Source: Verrucomicrobiota bacterium
Lineage (GTDB): Bacteria; Verrucomicrobiota; Verrucomicrobiia; Limisphaerales; JADLHS01
Assembly: GCA_008933055.1 (NCBI GenBank)
Contig: WBXK01000003.1
Coordinates: 1-43,686 of the forward strand
DNA: 43,686 nucleotides
Direction: 5' to 3'
Positions 19,947 through 32,300 of the stretch are shown here, one piece after another. The notes under the pieces are model-generated. The model saw only the letters and a program-made list of their open reading frames with translations. It was not told the DNA's origin and ran no database searches. The translations under genes and the position numbers were made by a program. How positions within the stretch are numbered: position 1 is the stretch's first letter; each line of letters begins with the position of its first letter.

Positions 19947-20534
19947 TCATCGCGGTTTGAAGAGTGTTGATCTCCATTTGCAGAGGACTTTCACGAACAC
20001 CGAGTCACCACGATTGCTGAAAATTTCGACCACTGAGCTACCGGATGAGATTGCCCGTTTGATCGAGATGATAAACACGACGAGAAAAACAATCTGGTTC
20101 TGCCAGCCGTCCAGCTTCCATTGGCTTTTCCAAAACCATATCGGGCGACGCAATATCGGCTCACTGTAACAGATGGGCCACAGATCGGACGGTGAAGGCC
20201 CACGCGAGCCGAGAAGATCGCACAACAAGTGCAAATGAAATGTCAGTAGGCAGAAACCAAATGTGCGCCATCGTTCTCGCGCAAAGAATACCAGCAGCCC
20301 ACAAAGCAAAATCGCCCCCGGACAGCCGTGGCAGAGAACGTGGTGGTAGCGATGGTAGAATTGAAACGTGTTCGGCTGATCGGTCACCACGGCACGAACC
20401 ACGTCCGGAATCATTCCGAAACCGTCCAAGTCAGGAATTACTCCAGCCAATGCAATAAGTTGTCGGTCACGCGGATTTTTTGTGGCGACCGAGCCGATCA
20501 GCCAGCTTCCCATAAGATGGACGACCGGGGACAT
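19947..20534 (-). CDS. membrane-bound metal-dependent hydrolase (YdjM-like)
   Basis: MSPVVH, IPDLD, YHHVLCH and HLLCDL motifs; hydrophobic segments. Confidence 0.8.
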   Translation of the reverse strand: MSPVVHLMGSWLIGSVATKNPRDRQLIALAGVIPDLDGFGMIPDVVRAVVTDQPNTFQFYHRYHHVLCHGCPGAILLCGLLVFFARERWRTFGFCLLTFHLHLLCDLLGSRGPSPSDLWPICYSEPILRRPIWFWKSQWKLDGWQNQIVFLVVFIISIKRAISSGSSVVEIFSNRGDSVFVKVLCKWRSTLFKPR

Positions 20535-20546
20535 GATTCAAGAAGT

Positions 20547-21239
20547 TCACTTCCAACTCGTCGCGATCCAGAAACAGCCCACACCTATCGCAACCGCAGC
20601 AGACACACCCATCAGACCACGATACGCCCCTGCCCCGCGACTGCCCATGCGATTTGCGATCCAGCCCAAGCCCCACGAGAATGTCGCCATCGCCGCGACT
20701 GTTCCCACCCCAAATGAAATCAGGAAGGCGACCGAATGAATCTTCGTGGGCAACGCCAACGCTGGAAGCACGCCGAGAAAATGTGAGCTACCAGCCAGTC
20801 CATGCAACGCGCCGATGCCGAAAGCCGCATGCGTGTGCCGATGAGCATCAGGCTGCTCCTGAGCATGCCCGTGATTGTGAGTGTGGATGTGAACATGGCG
20901 ATCTCCATCGTGTTCATGTTCATGTGCATGAACATTTTCTTTCAAGGCAAGTTTCAATGCCCACAAACCGATACCGAACAACATCACGCCCACGAGCCGT
21001 TCGCCCCAAGTGGAAACCCAATCAACAGGAAGTATGTCCTTCAACGCAAGCAACAGCAATCCTACGAGCGCAACGCCCGCCGAATGACCCAAGCCCCAGC
21101 GTGCGCCAGGCAACCACGCAGCACGCGGACGCCGCATCGCCAGCGGCGCGACTGCCGCCAGATGATCCGGCCCCGTCCAGACGTGCACCGCCCCGGCGAC
21201 AAGTCCCGTGAAAGCGGCGATGATGATGGTTACAATCAA
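20547..21239 (-). CDS. Ni/Co transporter, NiCoT/UreH-like, His-rich loop
   Basis: HVWTGPDH signature, WGLGHS, HAHEHEHDGDRHVHIHTHNHGH and HGLAGS. Probable TTG start at 21239. Confidence 0.8.
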   Translation of the reverse strand: MIVTIIIAAFTGLVAGAVHVWTGPDHLAAVAPLAMRRPRAAWLPGARWGLGHSAGVALVGLLLLALKDILPVDWVSTWGERLVGVMLFGIGLWALKLALKENVHAHEHEHDGDRHVHIHTHNHGHAQEQPDAHRHTHAAFGIGALHGLAGSSHFLGVLPALALPTKIHSVAFLISFGVGTVAAMATFSWGLGWIANRMGSRGAGAYRGLMGVSAAVAIGVGCFWIATSWK

Positions 21240-21356
21240 GCGGAGTGGACTGTGGGGGATTTTCCGATTCAACGCAAAGCAAAGATGAGGGCAACAGCGA
21301 TGTATCGGAACAATTCCATGCGTAATTCTGACAGGGAGTTCCCTCAAACTAGCCGC

Positions 21357-22320
21357 ATGATTTTGAAGAAGAGAATTACTATCGCGGTTCTGATCGCTTT
21401 CATGACGCAATCTTTCTCCGCCCATGCGCAAGCGACGAATGCAGATCCGCACGTTTATCTTTTGAGCACATTCAAGGAAGGCGAGCAAAGCGGTTTGAAC
21501 TTCGCTTACAACTTCGAGGGATATCATTGGAGTGCTGCGCCAATACTTTTCCTGAAGGCTCATGTAGATGGCAAAATAATGCGCGACCCCAGCATCTCTC
21601 GCAGGACGGATGGGACGTGGCATCTCGTTTGGACTGCGGCGTGGAAAAGCAACAAAGGCTGTGGCTACGCATATAGCAAAAACTTGGTTCACTGGTGCGA
21701 GCAGAAATTCACCCCTATTATGGAGCATGACCAGACCGCCTGCAGTGTCTGGTCACCGGACATCTTCCACGACGCGAAGGAAAATCAATTCCTCATCTGC
21801 TGGGCTTCAACGATTCCCAGCCGCTTCCACGATCATCTCGAACCGATCACGAACAATCTTCGTATGTATTTCATAATGACGCTCAACTTCAACACTTTGA
21901 CGCCTACGAAGCTGTTCCTTGATCCCGACTTATACGTGATTAATCGTCATATTTTGAAAACAGGTGGAGTTGGCCCGGGGACGGGCGCACTTCTTAAGTT
22001 CTGGTGCTCAAAAACAACAATCGTCCCCGGCGCAATGAGCGCGCTCGGCTATAAACCACTGCCCCCATGGCGCGATATCCCAACCAATCTGACGGATAAG
22101 TTCACCGAAGGGCGGAGCGCGTTGAAGATCTGTGACGATTGCCTAATCTACTAGGAGTCCTATCAGGCCAATTACTATGGCGCCAAGAAGACACACGAAT
22201 TTAAGACGTTTACCATGTGACTGGCGAAACTACCTTTTCATAAGATTTGAAACACGGGACAGCGTTCGCCACAAAGAAGAGAGTTTTGGATCACTTGTTG
22301 AAGGTCGGCAACCGGCTAGC
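21357..22320 (+). pseudogene. decayed secreted GH43-like glycoside hydrolase
   Basis: Signal peptide, MRDPSI, WHLVWT and eroded motifs (WSPD, VINRHI, EGR). A homolog-like VLVLKNNNRP lies in another frame near 21997-22030. In-frame TAG at 22152 is followed by ESYQANYYGAKKT, and KHGTA is in a shifted frame. The end coordinate is approximate. Confidence 0.75.
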
Positions 22321-22378
22321 TTCAGGCATACATACTTGGATGACTCGGAGGCAATCGATTCTGGCGCGGTTTAAGTCT

Positions 22379-22685
22379 TTACCTTGTGACGATTCCCATG
22401 GCCGTATCAAAACCAATAGTCGTATCCGTCAAGGCGATGTCGTTATCAATCGTCTTGGGCAATGTGACGACATTCAGCCCCTTTTCCATTAGCCCGCAGC
22501 GCGTTCTTGTGCGTACCGCCGCCGCCCAGACAAACCAACGCGTCGAGCTTGTTGCTCTCGTAAGTGCGCGCGATCATATCCCGCATATCACATATCCGTC
22601 CATTGACTTCCATCCGATGCGGCTTATCGCGCCCCGTGCCGAGCAACGTACCGCCTGCGGTGAGGATTCCGATTCGTTTGGGCAT
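22379..22685 (-). pseudogene. pfkA: 6-phosphofructokinase (PfkA family) remnant
   Basis: [12 protein letters not shown] is fused directly to TLLGTGR; then [12 protein letters not shown], a +1 frameshift near 22494, [13 protein letters not shown]...GFDTA and a stop. Confidence 0.85.
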
Positions 22686-22760
22686 GGGATTATTAAGGTT
22701 TTACTTACGAACCACCGTTTGTCCTAGGCCATTCGTAATTCCTAACCTGCAAGCCGTAAA

Positions 22761-23495
22761 TCAAATTCCGCCAAAGCGTCTATGACGTTTTGAATACTCC
22801 TCAAGCGCGGCGTGGAATTGCGGCTTCCGGAAATCTGGCCAGAGTGTGGGCGTGATGACAAACTCAGCGTAAGAAATCTGCCAGAGAAGAAAATTACTCA
22901 CGCGCATCTCACCACTCGTGCGGATGAGCAGGTCAGGATCGGGATAGCTGCGAGTGTAAAGATTCTGTGAAACAACCTGCTCGTTGATGTCGGCGGGTTC
23001 GAGCTTTCCAGCCTTCACGTCTGCGGCGATGTTGCGGACAGCGTCAACGATCTCGGTGCGTCCGCCATAACTCAAGGCCAGCACGAGGGTGAGACCGTTG
23101 TTCTTGTCGAGTGTGGCTTTGGCTTTCTTGAGTTGCTCCTGAACATTTTCCGGCAAACGCCATATCTGGCCTATGGCTTCGAGGCGAACGTTGCTCTTGT
23201 TCAACTCCGGCGTCTCGTTCTTGAGATAGTGGATGAGATATTTCATCAGTGCATCCACTTCGTCCTTAGGGCGATTCCAGTTCTCGACCGAGAACGCATA
23301 GAGCGTAAGATACTTGATGCCTAGTTCGCCAGCTGCCTTGATGATCGTGCGCGCTGACTCCGCGCCTTGGCGATGTCCTTCGACGCGCGGTAGATGACGT
23401 TGCTTCGCCCACCGTCCATTGCCATCCATGATTATGGCGATGTGCTGGGGCAAGCTGGCTTTGGCTTCGTGGGAAAGTTGTGATGTCGCACTCAT
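22761..23495 (-). CDS. uppS: isoprenyl transferase (undecaprenyl diphosphate synthase)
   Basis: HIAIIMDGNGRWA, YAFSVENWNRP, SYGGR and DLLIRTSGEMRVSNFLLWQ. Confidence 0.96.
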   Translation of the reverse strand: MSATSQLSHEAKASLPQHIAIIMDGNGRWAKQRHLPRVEGHRQGAESARTIIKAAGELGIKYLTLYAFSVENWNRPKDEVDALMKYLIHYLKNETPELNKSNVRLEAIGQIWRLPENVQEQLKKAKATLDKNNGLTLVLALSYGGRTEIVDAVRNIAADVKAGKLEPADINEQVVSQNLYTRSYPDPDLLIRTSGEMRVSNFLLWQISYAEFVITPTLWPDFRKPQFHAALEEYSKRHRRFGGI

Positions 23496-23502
23496 CCGTT
23501 TT

Positions 23503-23568
23503 TCCGCAGATTACGCGGATGGACGCAGATTCAAAAACAAATCTACTCCAACCTATGAAATCTGCGGA
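23503..23568. repeat. inverted-arm repeat element in the purA-uppS spacer
   Basis: Perfect 10-bp terminal inverted repeat tccgcagatt/aatctgcgga. The left arm is three CGCAGAT-like units at 9-10 bp spacing, mirrored by three degenerate AATCTG units. Confidence 0.8.
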
Positions 23569-23578
23569 CGACTTTCGT

Positions 23579-27377
<3,799 letters not shown>

Positions 27378-27438
27378 TCGTTTGCTTTCAAAACAGAAAC
27401 TGGATTCCTAACCCCAGAGTTTTGAGTAAGAAGGAGGG

Positions 27439-29253
27439 TTACCAACGCCGTACGCGATAGAACCGCTGAGAACCAAAAGCCGTCGCATCAGTGAGAACAA
27501 GATTTGCCCCGTTACCCGCGACCAATGGCAATGCCGTCCAATTTGTATCGGCCAAAGAACTCTTGTATTCCAAACGATAAACTCGCCCACTCTGACTGGG
27601 CACTTTGACCCTAAACGTGTTCGAGAAAAAAGTTGGTTCACTCATCAATGAAGCTGTGACAGGAGGCCCACTTCCTACCAAAGCAAGACTGTGGTTGAAC
27701 GCGGCAGACACAGCTACAACGTTGGTGAGTTTCGTCGGCACGTTGGTCTGTCCGACATAATTGAGTCCCCAAGCCACAACGGTTCCGTCTGCTTTGAGAC
27801 CGACGTTGAAATGCCAGCCTGCATCAATCGCTACGGCGTTGGTCAAGGTTGTCGGAACATTCGTTTGTCCGTATGCGTTGTAGCCCCACGCGCGAACAGA
27901 TCCGTCACCCAATATCGCTACACTATGAAGCAGGCCGCCAGCTACACCCACAACATTTGTCAAACTCACTGGCACATTAGTTTGCCCGTAACCGCCGTCT
28001 CCCCACGCCACAACAGTTCCATCTGACTTTACAGCGAGGCTGTGTTGAAATCCTGCAGCGATTGCAACCACGTTGGAAAGATTGGCAGGTACATTTGTTT
28101 GCCCCAAATTATTCCCACCCCAAGCGAACACTTTTCCGTCGCTTCTGAGTGCCAGCGCGTGAAATCCCCCAACCGCAATAGACACTAGATTAGACAATCC
28201 ACTAGGGGTGTTGGAAATACTGTTCAATCCAGCACTATTGATACCCCAAGCGAACGTTTGCTCATCGGAAAACAATGCCAAACTTCCACGAAAATCGGCT
28301 GCGACACTGACCGCGTTCGTAAGCGAAATGGGCAATGTTAACTCGCCGTCATTATTCATTCCCCATCCGACTACGATGCCGGATGAATTTACCACCAAGT
28401 TGTGAGTAGCACCGGCGGCAATACCGATGATGTTCGTCATCCCTTTTGTCGCGGTAGCTCGTCCAACCAGATCTAATTGTCCCCACGCTGCCACTTGGCC
28501 GAATTCCAAAGAAGAGATTGAACTCGCGATTGATCCAGCTGAGTTCGTGACGACGACTTGATAGTTTCCAAGGTTGGTTTGTTGCGTGTTCGTGATCACG
28601 ACAAAACTATTGGTAGCGCCGGCGATGGTCGTCCCATTGAATTGCCATTGATAACTCAGCGGCGGCGTTCCTTGAGCAACGGTAACAATCATAGTATCCA
28701 GTCCCGGCACTTGAGACTGGCTCAAAGGTTGGTATGTCATCTCTGGAGAAAACGAACCCGCTGAGTAATTGACTTCGTCAACATACCCAACGCCACTGCC
28801 AGTGAATATCCACCTGAGTGTTTGCGATCCAGACGAAAAAAAGATTGTTTCTTGCCGCCATGTTCCCCATTGGAAAAAATTGGTTTGCTCCAATCCATTT
28901 ACCGTGAACGAAAGATTCCCCGACGCGAAGTCGCTAACATTCCACCAAAAAGTAATTTTACCTGGACCGGTAACAGTTGTTTGCAAGATTGAGGATTGAG
29001 AAGGTGGCGGATTACCACTTCTTGCGGCACTCCCTCCATCGTGTGTTTGGCTTGGTATGGTCGTGAATCCCCACTGGTTTGGAAAAGGCGTCGTCCAAGT
29101 CAGATTTGTAGCATTAAGCGCTTGGCCCAGCGTCTGGCCGGAGACTGAAGATGTCGCGAAAAGGATTGAAAGCGCCGGCACCGCAAGTTTTCCAAAAGGC
29201 AATACGAATGTCCTATAAAACAATCGGCCTAAGAATTCAAAATCCAGTTTCAT
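27439..29253 (-). CDS. secreted Ig-domain + RCC1/BLIP-II-like 7-repeat beta-propeller protein
   Basis: Signal-like N-terminus, Ig motif GTPPLSYQWQFNG...GNYQVVVTNSAG, seven AWG.N..GQTNVP..L.NVV.IAAG..HSLA repeats and a C-terminal RFYRVRRW. Confidence 0.85.
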   Translation of the reverse strand: MKLDFEFLGRLFYRTFVLPFGKLAVPALSILFATSSVSGQTLGQALNATNLTWTTPFPNQWGFTTIPSQTHDGGSAARSGNPPPSQSSILQTTVTGPGKITFWWNVSDFASGNLSFTVNGLEQTNFFQWGTWRQETIFFSSGSQTLRWIFTGSGVGYVDEVNYSAGSFSPEMTYQPLSQSQVPGLDTMIVTVAQGTPPLSYQWQFNGTTIAGATNSFVVITNTQQTNLGNYQVVVTNSAGSIASSISSLEFGQVAAWGQLDLVGRATATKGMTNIIGIAAGATHNLVVNSSGIVVGWGMNNDGELTLPISLTNAVSVAADFRGSLALFSDEQTFAWGINSAGLNSISNTPSGLSNLVSIAVGGFHALALRSDGKVFAWGGNNLGQTNVPANLSNVVAIAAGFQHSLAVKSDGTVVAWGDGGYGQTNVPVSLTNVVGVAGGLLHSVAILGDGSVRAWGYNAYGQTNVPTTLTNAVAIDAGWHFNVGLKADGTVVAWGLNYVGQTNVPTKLTNVVAVSAAFNHSLALVGSGPPVTASLMSEPTFFSNTFRVKVPSQSGRVYRLEYKSSLADTNWTALPLVAGNGANLVLTDATAFGSQRFYRVRRW

Positions 29254-29303
29254 GGGATACTTGAGATTGATTATTGCTCATTGTCTAACCCGGTCAACCG
29301 AAA

Positions 29304-29355
29304 GTTTATGTCACGGATCGCGGACATTTGACATAAACGTCCACTGCTCTACTTT
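29304..29355 (+). promoter_or_regulatory. uvrA promoter with an overlapping palindrome
   Basis: TTGACA (29328-29333)-16 nt-TACTTT (29350-29355). Perfect inverted repeat gtttatgtca-15 nt-tgacataaac (29304-29338). Confidence 0.6.
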
Positions 29356-29361
29356 CGGCGC

Positions 29362-32300
29362 GTGTCTGAACCGAAATCATCCGCCGTCATCCGCCTGCGC
29401 GGGGTGCGGCATAATAATCTAAAGAACTTTGATCTCGATCTGCCACTGCACCGGCTCATCGTCATCACAGGCTTGAGCGGTTCGGGTAAAAGCTCGCTCG
29501 CCTTCGACACACTTTACGCCGAAGGCCAGCGTCGTTACCTAGAAACCTTCTCGCCTTATGCACGGCAGTTCTTCGACCGCATGGACAAGCCGCAAGTGGA
29601 CAGCATCGAAGGCATCCCGCCCGCCATCGCCATTGAGCAGCGCAACGCCGTTCGCTCCACGCGTAGCACCGTCGGCACGATGACCGAGATCTGTGACCAC
29701 ATGAAAGTGTTGTGGCCACATCTCGCGCAATTGCAATGTCGTAGCTGCGGCCAGCCGGTGCGTAAGGATTCACCGCAGAGTGTGTGGGAACAATTGAGTG
29801 CGGAACACGGAATCCAGAGTGCGGAATTGCTGATCGCATTCGATTTACCAATCTCACAGAAATTGTCACTAGAGGAGTCCCTCGCGTTGATTTCCAAACA
29901 AGGTTACCAGCGGCTGTTGCTGGATGGCGAAGTCATACGATTAGACGATGCGCCAACCCATTCCGCACTTTGCCCTCCGCACTCAGCACTAACGGTCGTT
30001 CAGGACCGCATCAAACTCGCGCCCACCTCCCGTTCCCGTTTCATCGAGGCCTGCGAGCAAGCCTACCATTTTGGCAAAGGCAAACTGTCCATCTCGGAAA
30101 TCAACCCTACATCTCCCAACCTCAATCCTCGCCAATTTTCTAACCGCCTTCACTGCGCCACCTGCGATATAGAATACCCCGAGACTTCGCCCGCGCTGTT
30201 CAGCTTCAATCACCCGCTCGGCGCGTGTCCGACCTGCAAAGGCTTCGGTCGCACCATCACGATAGATTACGAACTAGCCATTCCCGACCGGTCGCTGACC
30301 CTGGCCCAGGGCGCGGTCAAACCCTGGCGCACAGGCATGAGCGCCGAATGTCAGACGGACCTAAAAAAATTCTGCAAGTCCAGCCGCGTCCCTATGGACG
30401 TGCCGTTCAACCAGCTTTCCGCCGAACACCAACGGTGGATCATCGAAGGCGACAAGGATTACGGCATCGACGAAGACCACCAATGGCCGCGCGCCTGGTA
30501 CGGCGTGAAAGGCTATTTCCGCTGGTTAGAATCCAAGTCTTACAAGATGCACGTCCGCGTGCTGCTTTCGCGTTACCGCGCTTACACCAAATGCCCAACG
30601 TGTGACGGTGCGCGGCTGAAGCCGGGGGCGCTCCTCTATCTTCTCGCGACCGAGAAAAAAAAGCTGACGCTCCCCAACTTCTACGCCCTGCCTGTCCGCG
30701 ATGCGCTGGATCTGATCGAATCACTCGCAAACACGCGAACCCCAGACGCGCGACTCCAGACTCAAGACCCCATAACCCACGCCCTAGGCGAAGTCCGCGC
30801 TCGGCTCGCCTATCTCAATGAAGTCGGCCTAGGCTATCTAACATTAGATCGCCCCACTCGCACACTCAGCGGCGGGGAGACCGAACGCGTCAATCTCACG
30901 ACCTGCCTCGGCACACGCTTGGTGAACACGCTGTTTGTACTCGACGAACCCAGTGTTGGCTTGCACCCGCGCGACACCGACCGGCTCGTTCGCATTCTTG
31001 AAAAGCTTCGCGACACCGGGAACACCGTCGTTGTCGTCGAACATGAAGCCAGCGTCATGCGCGCTGCCGATCAGATTGTGGACATCGGCCCGGGCCACGG
31101 CGCAACCGGCGGAGAAGTTGTCTTCCAAGGAACTCTGCCAGAGTTATTAAAATCCAATCGCTCGCTCACCGGCCAATACCTGAGCGGGCGAAAGCAGATC
31201 GAGATTCCAAAACGTCGCCCCTTAACTAGCGACACGAGTCGGGTCAAGATCACCAATGCCACCCGCCACAATTTCAACAACGTTTCCGTCGAGATTCCGC
31301 TGGGCCGATTCGTCGCTATCACCGGCGTCAGTGGCTCAGGCAAATCTACGTTGATCCGCGACATCCTGCTCCCCGCACTTCAGGCTAAGCTGCAGAATCT
31401 GGATGCGGCTGTTGCAAAAGCGTCCGACCGGATGGATTCAGACGAAGACAGCAAGACTAACGAGGACGAAACGTCCAGTATCCATTCTCCACCCTCAATC
31501 CTCAGCGGTTTCGAAAGCCTCAGCCAGGTCGTACTTGTAGATCAATCCGCGCTGGGTAAAACCCCGCGTTCTAATCCGGCCGTTTACATCGGCGCGTTCG
31601 ACGACATCCGTGAAGTCTTCGCACAATCTGAAGTCGCGAAGCAACGCGGCCTCAACGCAAATGCCTTCAGTTTCAACTCTGGCGTCGGCCAGTGCGAAAA
31701 ATGTCGCGGCGCTGGCTTCGAGAAGATCGAGATGCAATTCCTCAGCGACATTTTCATTCGCTGCCCGGACTGCAATGGCCGCCGTTATAGGCAACACATC
31801 TTGGATGTCAAGATTTCCGCTGCGAAAGCAAAGCAGGATTTTTCCATCGGCGACATGCTCGAGGCGACAGTGGATGAAGCCATTGAGTTTCTCTCGGGCT
31901 TACCCGATTCCAAACCCGCTGAGCGTGCCGCAACAAGCTTGAAGTTTCTGCAAGAAGTCGGCCTCGGCTATCTGCGTTTGGGCCAACCCATCAACACGCT
32001 TTCCGGCGGCGAAAGCCAGCGCCTGAAACTCGTGCGCCATCTCGCGGAGGCTGTAGCGGCGGCCTATGACCGCAGAAACAAAGAAGCAACAGGTAACCAC
32101 GGTCACAGACCGCAACCACAACAGAAACCCACGCTCTTCCTCTTCGACGAACCCACCACAGGCCTGCACTTCGACGACGTCCGGGTGTTGCTCCAAGCGT
32201 TCCAACGCTTGGTGGACGCGGGACATTCCGTTCTCGTCATTGAACACAACCTCGACGTCATCAAATGCGCCGATTGGGTGATTGACCTTGGCCCGGAAGC

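Noticed and set aside
20802-21728. Apparent long overlap of 450-aa and 393-aa ORFs
   Set aside because: Both are over-extended at the 5' end. Plausible starts are 21357 (+) and 21239 (-), giving ordinary divergent genes. The ispG (4181), smc (14599) and purA (25168) ORF calls are similarly over-extended.
27690-28500. RCC1 repeats as a diversity-generating retroelement target or CRISPR-like array
   Set aside because: The repeats are protein-level with divergent codons; no reverse transcriptase, template repeat or cas genes are in the window.
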